From a candidate division WOR-3 bacterium (GTDB lineage Bacteria > Hydrothermota > Hydrothermia > B15-G9 > WFZT01), in assembly GCA_027053075.1 (NCBI GenBank), contig JALUEE010000071.1, forward strand, positions 1-37,076: a stretch of 37,076 bases of DNA, given 5' to 3'. A program made the position numbers and the translations under genes. This document shows positions 1-10,221 of the stretch, in pieces; the stretch's first letter is position 1, and the number at the start of each line of letters is the position of its first letter. Below the pieces are notes generated by a model. The model was not told the DNA's origin and made no database searches. It was given only the letters and a program-made list of their open reading frames with translations.

Positions 1-47
1 CCAATTCCCACCATATGAATCTTTTGAAATTTTCTTCTAAAAATCAA
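1..47 (-). CDS. murC: UDP-N-acetylmuramate--L-alanine ligase, 5' fragment (runs off the window)
   Basis: Not in the ORF track. The minus strand reads GGAGG-N7-TTG, with the TTG overlapping the murG stop (TTGA), then (M)IFRRKFQKIHMVGIG, the MurC N-terminal IHxVGIGG motif. This is the canonical position after murG. Confidence 0.85.
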   Translation of the reverse strand, partial: MIFRRKFQKIHMVGI

Positions 48-1105
48 TTTCTATCCTCCAAAATGGTTTGCAAAATTTTCTCTTCGGGATTTTCTGGGGC
101 AAAATTCTTCTGCGCATTGACCATTTCGTTTCTTAGTTCATCTTCTTCGAGGAGTCTTGCAATTTCTCTTGCGAGCTCACGTGGAGTTAAAGTGCTTTCC
201 CTGAGCATGAGGGCGGCGCTCCTTCGGACGAGGGAGCGTGCATTTTCTATCTGATGGCCGCGTGCAATCTCAAGGGGAACAAGTATCAGGGGGATGCCAA
301 AACTCATAACCTCAAAAATGGTTCCCGCTCCAGCCCTGGACACAACTACGTCTGCCAGGGAAAACATAAGTCCCATATCGTTCATAAACGGCTCCACTTT
401 GTAGTTATCTCCAGCAAGCCCAATTTTCTCAAAATATTCAAGGTTTCTTTTACCACATTGAATAAAGAAAAACACGTCCTTCAGGATTTTCGATGTCTCT
501 ATTGCCTTCTCTGCGAGGCTTCGGGCCCCCTGGGAGCCTCCAACGACGAGCACCACTTTCTGATCTTCCGGTATACCCACAAATTTCTTGGGATTTTCGT
601 ACCTTTTTAATTTCCTCACCGGATTACCGGTAAAAATTACCCGTGCATTATCAAGATACTCACGGGTCTCCGGAAATGAGGTAAAAACAGCTTTTGCGCT
701 GCTTGCAAACATTTTTACTGTAGCTCCAGGCACCACATTCTGCTCCATTAAATAGAAATCCATGCCGGTGATTTTTGCAGCAATGAGCGGAGGAACAGAT
801 GGATAGGCACCTGTGGCTATCATAACACCATCATTTTTGTATCTAAGCATCATAAGCATACTTTTAAGGGTTCCGGCAAAAATTTTCAACGAGTTTATTG
901 CCAGATATGATTTTTTGCCGATTATAGGCGCACTTGGAATCCTGTGGATTTCGAAACCGTATAAATCTAAGTCTATTCGGGGATTAGATATAATAAGCGT
1001 TACTTGAAAATCACTTTTTTGTAAAAAATTTGCCACAACTATTGCCGGAAAGATATGACCGCCCGTGGCACCTGTTGCGATTAACACGCGTTTAAGCTCT
1101 TTCAT
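44..1105 (-). CDS. murG: Undecaprenyl-PP-MurNAc-pentapeptide GlcNAc transferase MurG
   Basis: GATGGHIFPA, EQN, TGNPVR, GGSQGA, SRAGAGT and HQxxNA motifs; dcw context. Confidence 0.97.
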   Translation of the reverse strand: MKELKRVLIATGATGGHIFPAIVVANFLQKSDFQVTLIISNPRIDLDLYGFEIHRIPSAPIIGKKSYLAINSLKIFAGTLKSMLMMLRYKNDGVMIATGAYPSVPPLIAAKITGMDFYLMEQNVVPGATVKMFASSAKAVFTSFPETREYLDNARVIFTGNPVRKLKRYENPKKFVGIPEDQKVVLVVGGSQGARSLAEKAIETSKILKDVFFFIQCGKRNLEYFEKIGLAGDNYKVEPFMNDMGLMFSLADVVVSRAGAGTIFEVMSFGIPLILVPLEIARGHQIENARSLVRRSAALMLRESTLTPRELAREIARLLEEDELRNEMVNAQKNFAPENPEEKILQTILEDRN

Positions 1106-2249
1106 CCTTCTCCTTTAAAATACGCAGTAGTATCCCTGCCATTGCGAAGTTAGCAAGCATGGCGCTTCCTCCGTAGCTGATAAAAGGTAGTGGAACGCCG
1201 GTTGCCGGAATGAAGCCAAGGGACGTGGAAATGTTTACATAGGCATAAATCAGATATGTAAACACAATTCCAAATGCCAGGACACTATAGCCCATATCAT
1301 CTACGAAGCTCTTAATTTTTCGCACCACTATGAGGAACAGGGCGAGGTAGATGATAAATACGGAAAATGCCCCCACGAATCCCATTTCTTCGCCGATTAC
1401 GGCGTAAATGAAGTCTGTGTCTGCTTGTTTGATGAGGTAGAAGAATTTCTGCTCACTTTTTCCAATTCCCTGCCCGAATAGGCCACCATTTTTAATCGCT
1501 TCTCTTGCATAATAGACCTGAGAATTTTCTTTTACCTGCTGATGGCTGATAAAGCTGTAAAATCTTTTTCGGGCATTACTTGAAACATGTATACCAACCA
1601 CCAGCACGAGAACAACAATTAATAGAAATCCCAGGATATACCTAAGCCTGAGTCTGCCGATAAATAGCTGTACAGCGGCGATAGTGGTCAGAATTATACT
1701 CGTGGAAATATTGGGTTCAAACACTATGAGGGCCACATTGAGTAGCACGATACTCAGGGGAATGAGAAATGCCCTCTTGAAATTTTTCATTTTTGTAAAG
1801 CCTTTGGCCACATATCCAGCGACAAAGATGATAATCACCAGTTTAGTAAATTCAGATACCTGAAAGTGGAAGGGCCCCAGAGGAATCCATCTGTGATATT
1901 TCATCCCGTGGGTCATTGGATAAACAAGAATGAGGAAGAAAAGAGAGAAGAGGAGTAGAGTGTACCTTGTCATTGGGGCAATAAGCCTGCGAGGACTTAT
2001 GTTGTAGAAGATAAATCCAGTGAGTACACCGAGCAGAATTCTGATGATATGGGCAAGGAAGTATGAAAAATAACTCCGATTGGTACCAATGATCTTGAAG
2101 TACCCTGCACTTGGAGTAATGACAATTGAGAGGAAAACAAGAAGCCCGAGCAAAAACATAACCTGGTGGACAGTGCTATTTCCACCCTTTTTGACCTCAA
2201 TGGTTTCTACACTCTGCAAATCTTCAAATCTCAACTCTTCTGACTTCAT
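1092..2249 (-). CDS. ftsW: SEDS-family peptidoglycan glycosyltransferase FtsW
   Basis: Multi-TM protein with RWI..FQxSEFxK, TDFIYAVIGEE and TGVPLPFISYGGS motifs, between murD and murG. Start moved from 2360 to the ATG at 2249, which is preceded by GAGGGGAG. Confidence 0.93.
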   Translation of the reverse strand: MKSEELRFEDLQSVETIEVKKGGNSTVHQVMFLLGLLVFLSIVITPSAGYFKIIGTNRSYFSYFLAHIIRILLGVLTGFIFYNISPRRLIAPMTRYTLLLFSLFFLILVYPMTHGMKYHRWIPLGPFHFQVSEFTKLVIIIFVAGYVAKGFTKMKNFKRAFLIPLSIVLLNVALIVFEPNISTSIILTTIAAVQLFIGRLRLRYILGFLLIVVLVLVVGIHVSSNARKRFYSFISHQQVKENSQVYYAREAIKNGGLFGQGIGKSEQKFFYLIKQADTDFIYAVIGEEMGFVGAFSVFIIYLALFLIVVRKIKSFVDDMGYSVLAFGIVFTYLIYAYVNISTSLGFIPATGVPLPFISYGGSAMLANFAMAGILLRILKEKDERA

Positions 2250-3558
2250 CCTGAAATCTCTCCCCTCTTTCTTTGTAATTTCTAAACATGTCAAAGCTCG
2301 ATGTGCCTGGTGAGAAAAGTACAGTATCTCCGGCCTCACCTCTCTTAAGGGCAATTTCAACGACCTCTCTCATGGATTGAGCTTTCTCAATATCAACCAC
2401 TCCCCGGAATGTTCTCTCAAGGGATCGTGTATTCTTTCCAAAAAGTATCAAAAGTTTCACCTTTTCACTGACAGACAGAATGAGTGGTGTATAGTCGAGA
2501 TATTTTTCCTCGCCTCCAAGAACAAGGATAATATTTCCTTTAAATGATTGAAGTGCCCACTTTACCGCGTGGGGATTTGTTGCCTTTGAGTCTTCGTAGA
2601 ATTTGATTCCATTGATTTCCCTCACAAATTCCACCCGATGGGGCAGGGCAGTCATTGTTTTTAAAACTTCTCTTATTTTTTCTAATTTCGCCCCGGCAAT
2701 TGATGCTGCAAGAGAGGCAGCAAGCGCGTTGTAAATGTTGTGGACCCCCTTAAGCGCAAGCTCATCAACATGAATGAGCTCAACCTCTCCTTCATCTGTC
2801 CTGATAAATATTTTGCCGCCCTTCAGGAAGGCGTCTACCTCTTCCTTTAGGCTGAAAAACAGCACTCTTGATTTTGCTCTCTTTGCAAAGCTCCTTGTGA
2901 TGGGGTCATCGTAATTCAGGATCAAAAAGTCGCCTTCCTTCTGATTTTCAAAAATCCTTGCCTTTGCGGCAACGTACTCATCGAGGTCTTTATGCCAGTC
3001 GAGGTGGTCCTGGTCAATGTTCAAAACAAGTGCAATTTGGGGTCTGAAATCGAGTATTGACATGAGCTGGAAGCTTGAGACCTCAGTCACAAAAACTCCA
3101 CTTTTGCTATGAAATTTTGAAAGGGGAGCGCCGATATTACCGGCCATAGTTGAATTCTCAATCATTTTTGAAAGCATCGTTACAACCGTGGATTTCCCGT
3201 TGGTACCTGTAACAGCGAAGATTTCGCCTTTCACGAATCTGAAGCCGATCTCAAGCTCCCCCATTATTGGAATACCCGATTGCTTGATTCTTTCAATAAA
3301 AGGTTTGTGAACGTTGATGCCCGGGCTCAGAATAACGAGCTCAGAGCCAAAGACCCTATTTGTATGCCCCATCTCTTCAAATTCGACTCCGTGCCTTTTG
3401 AAGAAATCCTTCTTCCATTCGGCTATTTTTCCCGAATCTGATACGAGGATAGAGGGTGCGCCTATGGATAAAAGCAACTCCACCGCCGCCATTCCTGATG
3501 TGCCGGCTCCGAGCACTGCAATTCTTTTGCTTGTGATGCTTTCCTTTAATCCTATCAT
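2224..3558 (-). CDS. murD: UDP-MurNAc-L-Ala--D-glutamate ligase
   Basis: VLGAGTSG, LSPG, VTGTNGKST, EVSSFQL, DHLDWH, DSKATN and SFDMFRNY motifs. Confidence 0.97.
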   Translation of the reverse strand: MIGLKESITSKRIAVLGAGTSGMAAVELLLSIGAPSILVSDSGKIAEWKKDFFKRHGVEFEEMGHTNRVFGSELVILSPGINVHKPFIERIKQSGIPIMGELEIGFRFVKGEIFAVTGTNGKSTVVTMLSKMIENSTMAGNIGAPLSKFHSKSGVFVTEVSSFQLMSILDFRPQIALVLNIDQDHLDWHKDLDEYVAAKARIFENQKEGDFLILNYDDPITRSFAKRAKSRVLFFSLKEEVDAFLKGGKIFIRTDEGEVELIHVDELALKGVHNIYNALAASLAASIAGAKLEKIREVLKTMTALPHRVEFVREINGIKFYEDSKATNPHAVKWALQSFKGNIILVLGGEEKYLDYTPLILSVSEKVKLLILFGKNTRSLERTFRGVVDIEKAQSMREVVEIALKRGEAGDTVLFSPGTSSFDMFRNYKERGERFQDEVRRVEI

Positions 3559-4643
3559 CTTATTTTCAGAGTTGAGATGGCAATCACTGCGAATATCGCA
3601 GAGATTATCCAGAATCTGACCACGATCTTATTTTCATTCCATCCAAGAAGTTCAAAGTGATGATGAATGGGAGAGCGAAGGAATACCCTCTTCCCGCCTG
3701 TGAACCTGAAGTATAAAACCTGGATAATCACGGAGAGTGCTTCGATAACGAAAAGGAAGCCGGCAATTGCCAACAGGAATTCCTGCTTGGTCAGGATTGA
3801 GACAATACCGAGGGCACCTCCAATGGCCTGTGAACCCGTATCACCCATAAACACATCTGCAGGATGGGCATTGAACCAGAGAAAGCCAAGCAATGCCCCC
3901 ATGAAGGCGCCAACAAATATAGAGAGTTCTCCGGCCCCTTTGAAGTAAAGCAGGTGGAGATAGCTGGAGAGAATTTTATTCCCAGTTATGTAAGCAACGA
4001 CGAGGAAAACGCCGAAGGTGGGAATGGAGGCCCCGGCAGCAAGGCCATCAAGCCCATCTGTAAGATTTACGGAGTTTGTTGCTCCTATAAAAACGAAAAG
4101 GACAAAAAGCAGGTAAAAGATTTTGAAATCAATGAGGAAATTTTTAAAGAACAGGAATTGAGTCTTTGTCCGAATCCCGTCCGGGAAGATTCGATAAATC
4201 ATGAAGAGAACAAACAGGGATAATACCACGTGGCCTGCAATCTTGGCCCAGGCAGAAAGGCCGCGCCGGCTACCAACTCCCTTGAGTTTCGCAAGGTCAT
4301 CTACGAGGCCGAAAATCGCAAGATAAACGGTAACAATCAAGGCAGTGTAGATGTAAAGATTTTTGAGATTTGCCCAGAGAAGGGTGGCTATGACCACTGA
4401 AAGTACAAAGACTATGCCACCTCCGGTGGGGGTTCCCTCTTTCCTTCTATGCGTTTCAGGTGCGTACTCGTTTATCTTTTCTCCAATGCCTGCGGACCGA
4501 ATCTTGTTTATAAAAATAGGCAAAAAAATCACGGTAAGGACAAAAGATGTGACAGATGCATACATGGTGCGAAAAGTAATGTACCGAAACAGATTGAAGA
4601 TGATCGAGTATTTTGCAAGCGGATAAAATATGTGGTAAAACAT
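3555..4643 (-). CDS. mraY: Phospho-N-acetylmuramoyl-pentapeptide transferase
   Basis: KEGTPTGGG, GLVDD, NLTDGLDGLA, FMGDTGS and PIHHHFE motifs. Start is ATG 4643 or GTG 4646, both overlapping the murF stop. Confidence 0.97.
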   Translation of the reverse strand: MFYHIFYPLAKYSIIFNLFRYITFRTMYASVTSFVLTVIFLPIFINKIRSAGIGEKINEYAPETHRRKEGTPTGGGIVFVLSVVIATLLWANLKNLYIYTALIVTVYLAIFGLVDDLAKLKGVGSRRGLSAWAKIAGHVVLSLFVLFMIYRIFPDGIRTKTQFLFFKNFLIDFKIFYLLFVLFVFIGATNSVNLTDGLDGLAAGASIPTFGVFLVVAYITGNKILSSYLHLLYFKGAGELSIFVGAFMGALLGFLWFNAHPADVFMGDTGSQAIGGALGIVSILTKQEFLLAIAGFLFVIEALSVIIQVLYFRFTGGKRVFLRSPIHHHFELLGWNENKIVVRFWIISAIFAVIAISTLKIR

Positions 4644-5986
4644 CACTCACTCCTCAGTTTTTCAATTATTTTTTCAAGCTGAATCGCCCTTGAGGCCTTG
4701 AGCGCTATAAAGATTTCTTCTCCCTCTATACGGGATATCGCAAGGGCAACTTCTTCCGGAGTTTCAAAGTGCAGATTTAGCTCAATTTCATTTACCTGCT
4801 CACCTATGGCAGCGGACGCCCTTCCGACAGTGATTAGTTTTTTAAAACCTAATTCCTGAACAAGTTTACCAATTTCCCTGTGATAGTGCTCCTCATATTC
4901 ACCCAGCTCAAGCATATCACCGAGGATGAGAAGGACGCTATCTCTAAAGGGTTTTAAAGTCGTAAGAAAATCCTTCATCGAATCCGGATTGGCATTGTAT
5001 GCGTCATTCAAAATCCTGTAACGGCCCACCTTCTGGACCTCTTTTCTCATACTTACGCCCTTAAACTCTTCCAGTCCTTCAAGAACCTCATCCTCAGGGA
5101 CGCCAAGAATGCTGGCTATGGCAAGGGAGAAGAGAGCACCGTAGACTGTTCCCATACCACCGGGATGTAGGGTCAGCTCATACCTGTCGTTTAAAACCAC
5201 TCTATTCTCGTTGAAATCCATGTATTTAATCTCTGCATAAAAGTCCGCTTCCTTCGACATTGTTGAAACGGTAATCATATTCTCAAGATGGCTTGAAATT
5301 TCATTAAAATATGGGATATCCATGTTTATGACAGCGATCCTCTCTCCTTCGAGAAAGTCAAACAGATGGCTCTTCTCTGTGGCGACATTTCTCACATTTC
5401 CGAAAAATGCAAGGTGTGAAGGACCAATGGATGTAAGTACGCCAATATGCGGTCTCACGATTTTAGAAAGATATTCAATCTCACCTGGATGGTTGGTTCC
5501 AATCTCACTTATGAGAATTTCTGTATCTTGCTCCGCCGACAGAATGGTTAGGGGCACCCCTATGAAATTGTTGTAACTCTTCCTGTTCCTTACGACCCTG
5601 AAACTGCCTTTTAGGGCGAAGTACAGCATCTCTTTTGTTGTGGTCTTCCCGGTGGAGCCGGTTACGGCTATGACTTTTGTGTTATTAAGATTTGACCTGT
5701 GAAATGAGGCGAGTCTGCCGAGAGCCTGAACAGTGTCATCTACTTTTATCAGATTACCCTTGATATCACCTGTGAAACTTTCACTTACCACCGCGGCTAC
5801 AGCACCTTTGCTGATGGCGTTTAAAACGAAGTCCTCGCCGTTGAACCTCTCACCCCTTATGGCAAAGAAAATATCACCGCTTTGCACCTCTCGTGAGTCA
5901 GTTGTCACTCCCAGTGCCAGAGCTTCGCTATCTCCTCTGAGTTTGCCCTTAATGGCCTTTGCAATTTCTCCGAGTATGTATTTCAT
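4643..5986 (-). CDS. murF: UDP-MurNAc-tripeptide--D-Ala-D-Ala ligase
   Basis: TDSR, VTGSTGKTTTKE, NNFIGVPLT, NDAYNANP and LGDMLELG motifs. Confidence 0.96.
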   Translation of the reverse strand: MKYILGEIAKAIKGKLRGDSEALALGVTTDSREVQSGDIFFAIRGERFNGEDFVLNAISKGAVAAVVSESFTGDIKGNLIKVDDTVQALGRLASFHRSNLNNTKVIAVTGSTGKTTTKEMLYFALKGSFRVVRNRKSYNNFIGVPLTILSAEQDTEILISEIGTNHPGEIEYLSKIVRPHIGVLTSIGPSHLAFFGNVRNVATEKSHLFDFLEGERIAVINMDIPYFNEISSHLENMITVSTMSKEADFYAEIKYMDFNENRVVLNDRYELTLHPGGMGTVYGALFSLAIASILGVPEDEVLEGLEEFKGVSMRKEVQKVGRYRILNDAYNANPDSMKDFLTTLKPFRDSVLLILGDMLELGEYEEHYHREIGKLVQELGFKKLITVGRASAAIGEQVNEIELNLHFETPEEVALAISRIEGEEIFIALKASRAIQLEKIIEKLRSE

Positions 5987-7440
5987 AGGCTCAAAACCAC
6001 CTCTCTGTCGCTAAAATGAAGCTTTTTACCATCTATCTCCTGGTACTCCTCATGTCCTTTGCCGGCAATCAAGATTGTGTCGCCGGGTTTTGAAATCTCG
6101 TAGGCCTTTTTTATAGCCTTCTCCCTCGCAATTTCAATGGTGTAATTTTCACCCGATATACCCTTTTCGATGTCTTTTATTATACTCTCGGGGTCTTCGC
6201 TTCGGGGATTGTCAGATGTAAGTATTATAAAGTCTGCATACCTCGAGGCGACAGCCCCCATTAAAGGGCGTTTCTCCTTCTCCCGGTCACCGCCGGCTCC
6301 AAAGACAACAATCAATCTTCCCTCAGTCAGCCCTTTAAGGGTTTTTGATACCTGTTTCAGTGCCTCTGGTGTGTGCGCGTAGTCAATAAAAATATTTACA
6401 CCGTTCTTCTCAATCCTCTCAAGTCTGCCGGGTATAGAATCAATTTTCTCAATTGCATCCACGATTTCCAACGGTGAGAAGCCGTAGGTATACACCGCTG
6501 CAAATGCCGCGAGGATATTGTAAATATTATGCTTCCCGATCAATTTTGTGTGAACAGGGATTGAATTTCCGTTCCACCGGATGGAAAAAGTGGAGCCTGC
6601 TACTGAGAGCTTTAAGTTTTTCGCAGTAAAATGGGGGAAATCATATTCCTCCTTTGGAGTTTCTATGCCATAAGTTACCAGCCTTTCCCCGCCTGATTCG
6701 AGGAAAGTTCTCATAAAATCTTTACTGTGCGGGTCGTCAATGTTGACAACAGCCTTTGCATTTTGCCTGGCGGCCAATTTAAAAAATTCAAGTTTAGCTT
6801 TTTTGTAATTTTCAAAAGTTCCGTGATACTCGAGATGCTCGTGCGAGAGATTGGTGAAAATGGCGTCGCTGAACTTAATTTCAAGGATTCTTTTCTCGCA
6901 TACACTTGCGGATGAGACCTCCATGACGAAGAAATCTCCACCTCTATCTACAACCTCTCGCATGAACCTCTGGATATCTGCTGACTCAGGCGTGGTCCTT
7001 TCACCTTTGATGATTTTACCTGCGATATCGTAATAAATTGTGCCAAGCATTCCTGTTTTGTGTCCGAGGGTTTTTAGAATGCTGTTGATGATAAATGTAA
7101 CTGTCGATTTCCCGTTTGTTCCGGTGACACCAATGATATTGAGCTTTTCTGAGGGGTGCCCGTAGAAGTGTGCTGAGATTGAGGCCATAGATGTTCTCGT
7201 ATCTTCAACAAGCAAAAGAGGGATTTTCGCATCCACGGGTTTTGAGACAACAGCGCCCACAGCTCCCTTAGAGATGGCATCTTTTATAAACTCGTGTCCG
7301 TCGAAGTTTCTCCCAACGAGTGAGATAAAAAGGTCGCCTTTTGTAACTTTTCTCGAATCGTAGGCAATGCCAGTGAACTCCGGATCACCGAGCTGGGTGT
7401 TTAGGAGTTTACCAAATTTTGCCAGTTCGCTCATTTTCAT
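5983..7440 (-). CDS. murE: UDP-MurNAc-dipeptide--diamino acid ligase, likely meso-DAP specific
   Basis: GVTGTNGKST, TTPES, MEVSS, DYAHTP, GAGGDR, SDNPR (DAP-type motif) and AGKGHE motifs. Confidence 0.97.
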   Translation of the reverse strand: MKMSELAKFGKLLNTQLGDPEFTGIAYDSRKVTKGDLFISLVGRNFDGHEFIKDAISKGAVGAVVSKPVDAKIPLLLVEDTRTSMASISAHFYGHPSEKLNIIGVTGTNGKSTVTFIINSILKTLGHKTGMLGTIYYDIAGKIIKGERTTPESADIQRFMREVVDRGGDFFVMEVSSASVCEKRILEIKFSDAIFTNLSHEHLEYHGTFENYKKAKLEFFKLAARQNAKAVVNIDDPHSKDFMRTFLESGGERLVTYGIETPKEEYDFPHFTAKNLKLSVAGSTFSIRWNGNSIPVHTKLIGKHNIYNILAAFAAVYTYGFSPLEIVDAIEKIDSIPGRLERIEKNGVNIFIDYAHTPEALKQVSKTLKGLTEGRLIVVFGAGGDREKEKRPLMGAVASRYADFIILTSDNPRSEDPESIIKDIEKGISGENYTIEIAREKAIKKAYEISKPGDTILIAGKGHEEYQEIDGKKLHFSDREVVLSL

Positions 7441-7441
7441 G

Positions 7442-9118
7442 TCAGAATTCCAGGTTCATGATACTTTTTGCCACTTCTTTGAAAATGGGAGCGGCTACTG
7501 TTCCACCGTATGCTTCGATACCCTTTTTATGTGGCTCATCTACTACAACATAAATCAGGTATTTGGGAGAACGGGCAGGGAAGAAGCCCACAAATGACAC
7601 AATCCTTGTTCTGGTATTGTATCTCTTTGTTCTGGGGTCCAGTTTGTTTGCTGTTCCCGTCTTACCTGCTATCTCGAGACTATCGATTCTTGCAAGTCTA
7701 CCTGTGCCCCTCTCAACCACTTTTGTGAGTATATCTGTCAATTTTCTTGTTGTTTCCCTGCTAAAGAGAATTTTCCCATAGCGAGGGGCAAAGGTTTTTG
7801 TACTGTCATGGCAATCAATCATTTTGACGATTCTTGGATAAACAATCTTTCCTCCATTGGCAATAGCTCCATAAATAGTGACGATATGAAGGGAGTTTAG
7901 GAGGAATCCGTAACCAATGACCACATTGGCAAACCTCGAGCGGTTCCACTTTATGTAGGAAGTTATATGGCCGGGATTCTCGCCCGGGAGCTCCACGCCG
8001 GTTTTCTCCCCGATTCCTGCTCTTTTAATCGAGTTGTAAATCTTTCTTTTGCCAAGCATAAAAGCCAGTTTTATGGTCCCTACGTTGGATGAGTGAATTA
8101 GCGCCTCCTCCATGGGAATTCTGCCCAGTGGATGTACATCAGATATTGTGTATTTGTCCACTCTTATTTCCCCATGATCAGTGTCTATCATGAGTTTCGG
8201 GGAGATTCCATTTTCGAGGGCGGTGCCGTAGGTGATTGCCTTGAAGATTGAGCCAGGCTCGTAAGGATCAGTAATTGGCCACACTTTTCTGAGATAGGCT
8301 GGGGTTTTCGAATATTTCGCAGGGTTATAGGATGGATAGATGGCAAATGCAAGAATTTCGCCTGTGTGAGGATTTTCAATGATCACGGCCCCTCTTTTTG
8401 CGTGCCAGTCAATGACACTCTCTTTTAAGGCTTCGTATGCAATTGTCTGAAATCTCTGGTCAATGGTGAGTGTGAGGTCACATCCGCGCTCTGGCCTCAG
8501 GATTGTAGAATCAGGGAAAGGCAGCTTCATGAGATTTAAGCCTGTGCTGTCCCTTTTATTTACAAGGAGATAGGCAATTTTTCCGGCTTTCCCTTTCAGG
8601 TATGAGTCAAAGAGGAATTCAAGGCCCCCGAGGCCTGAATTGCTTGACCTCTGGACAAAGCCAATAATGGGTTCGAAGATGTATGGAAGGTTATAATACC
8701 TGAACCAGGCCTTTCGAAAGGTCAGGCCCTTTATCTGGTAAATAGAATCTTTGAGTGCTGCAGGGATGTTTGTTGCAACGGTCAAAAGCCTTGGAGTTTT
8801 TTGCCAGAAATTGGGATCATTATTTATTTTGAATCCATGTTTTTTTAAGAAGGGGACATATTCCTGTGGAACAGGTCCGCGCTGATAGACGTTGTAGCCC
8901 AGCAAATTGGTTGCTATTTTGAAACCTGTTCTATCCCTGATTTCCCCCCGCTGGGCTGGGATCTTCTGGATAAATATGTGTCTTTTTACAGGTGACTTGT
9001 TAAAAATCTCAAACTTAGCGAGAAAGTACAGAATTACTCCCGCGTAAACGATTACCAGAAAGGTGACCAGGCCCGCCCGGAATTTGTAGGAACTTATGTC
9101 CTCTTGGTTTATACCCAT
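7442..9118 (-). CDS. ftsI: Class B penicillin-binding protein (FtsI/PBP3-like transpeptidase)
   Basis: N-terminal TM, RGEIRDR, GLGGLE, and the catalytic EPGSIFK (SxxK), SSN (SxN) and KTGT motifs; dcw position. Confidence 0.92.
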   Translation of the reverse strand: MGINQEDISSYKFRAGLVTFLVIVYAGVILYFLAKFEIFNKSPVKRHIFIQKIPAQRGEIRDRTGFKIATNLLGYNVYQRGPVPQEYVPFLKKHGFKINNDPNFWQKTPRLLTVATNIPAALKDSIYQIKGLTFRKAWFRYYNLPYIFEPIIGFVQRSSNSGLGGLEFLFDSYLKGKAGKIAYLLVNKRDSTGLNLMKLPFPDSTILRPERGCDLTLTIDQRFQTIAYEALKESVIDWHAKRGAVIIENPHTGEILAFAIYPSYNPAKYSKTPAYLRKVWPITDPYEPGSIFKAITYGTALENGISPKLMIDTDHGEIRVDKYTISDVHPLGRIPMEEALIHSSNVGTIKLAFMLGKRKIYNSIKRAGIGEKTGVELPGENPGHITSYIKWNRSRFANVVIGYGFLLNSLHIVTIYGAIANGGKIVYPRIVKMIDCHDSTKTFAPRYGKILFSRETTRKLTDILTKVVERGTGRLARIDSLEIAGKTGTANKLDPRTKRYNTRTRIVSFVGFFPARSPKYLIYVVVDEPHKKGIEAYGGTVAAPIFKEVAKSIMNLEF

Positions 9119-9323
9119 GCCTCAAAGCTTCCCTTTTTATGTTTTTAAAACTTCTCAACCTTGAAATGACATTGTTCAGGCTGTCAATCTCAGCCCTCTC
9201 ACTGGCGAGCTTTGAATTAACGATATTCAGTCTCTTAGCGTTTTCCCATTGCTGCGGCGACGCCAGACCTATTGAAATAAATATGGTCCCAATTAAGATT
9301 GACGTAATGATAAATATCCTCAT
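9015..9323 (-). CDS. Putative cell division protein FtsL-like (single TM plus coiled coil)
   Basis: Lies between rsmH and ftsI. Hydrophobic N-terminus followed by a heptad-like segment (LNIVNSKLASERAEIDSLNNVISRL) and A..HGY.P. SD GGGGGA upstream. The call rests on position and architecture only. Confidence 0.65.
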   Translation of the reverse strand: MRIFIITSILIGTIFISIGLASPQQWENAKRLNIVNSKLASERAEIDSLNNVISRLRSFKNIKREALRHGYKPRGHKFLQIPGGPGHLSGNRLRGSNSVLSR

Positions 9324-10221
9324 CGTTTAATTCCCCCGTTTTTTTATAGGCCCTTAACTTTGCACTCCTTGCACGTGGATTTGTGGCAATCTCTCTCGGG
9401 GTGGGTACCATGGGTTTCTTTAAGAGAGGTTCCACACCCCTCAGTTTTTTAAGCTGCTTCGCCAGTCTGTCCTCGAGAGAGTGGTATGAAATAACGACCA
9501 TCCGGCCTTCCGGAGCGAGGATTTTCAGCCCTTCTGTGAGGCCGGTGGCTATGGATTCAAGTTCCTTATTCACCTGAATCCTCAGTGCCTGATAAACCTG
9601 CGCGAGCAGGCGTTTCTTAAGTTTGTTGTTCCTTCTATAAATTCCCGGCACGGATTTGAGGACAATATCGTTAAGTACAGCAGTTGTGCTGATTCTTTTG
9701 CCCTTTCTATATCTAACAATATTCTCGGCTATGGAATGGGCAAACCTGATCTCACCGTATTCTCTGAAGATACGAGTGAGCTGTTCTTTGCTTAATCTAT
9801 TTATGTAATGATCGGCCGGCAGCCCTTCTTCCGGGTCAAACCTCATGTCGAGGTACTCATTCTGCTGGAAGGAAAAGCCTCTGCCGGAGTTTTCAAGCAG
9901 GAAGGAAGAAATTCCGAGATCAAAAAGGACAGAGTTTACCTTTCCCTTGATTCCCAGGAATTCGGTAATTTCAGTAAGTTTTGTATAAGAACTGTGGATA
10001 AACACAACTCCGTCGGCATCTATTCGTTCCCTTGCATATCTCAGGGAATCGAGGTCCTTTTCTACGGCGACAACTATGCCATCGGGCTTGACCATCTCCC
10101 AGATGGCCTTTGTGTGGCCTCCGAGGCCCGATGTGGCATCAACCACAATGTCTCCGGGCCTGAGAGCCATGAATCTGAGCACCTCGTCAACCATTACCGG
10201 CCTGTGTATTGCTTTCTCCAT
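9235..10221 (-). CDS. rsmH: 16S rRNA m4C1402 methyltransferase RsmH (MraW)
   Basis: HRPVM, DATxGLGGH, DLGISS, LDMRFD, QALRIxVNxEL, ISYHSLEDR and NPRARSAKLR motifs. Confidence 0.97.
   Translation of the reverse strand: MEKAIHRPVMVDEVLRFMALRPGDIVVDATSGLGGHTKAIWEMVKPDGIVVAVEKDLDSLRYARERIDADGVVFIHSSYTKLTEITEFLGIKGKVNSVLFDLGISSFLLENSGRGFSFQQNEYLDMRFDPEEGLPADHYINRLSKEQLTRIFREYGEIRFAHSIAENIVRYRKGKRISTTAVLNDIVLKSVPGIYRRNNKLKKRLLAQVYQALRIQVNKELESIATGLTEGLKILAPEGRMVVISYHSLEDRLAKQLKKLRGVEPLLKKPMVPTPREIATNPRARSAKLRAYKKTGELNDEDIYHYVNLNWDHIYFNRSGVAAAMGKR

Noticed and set aside
2250..2360. N-terminal extension of ftsW in the ORF track
   Set aside because: It lies inside murD; the ATG at 2249 has an SD and gives a normal length.
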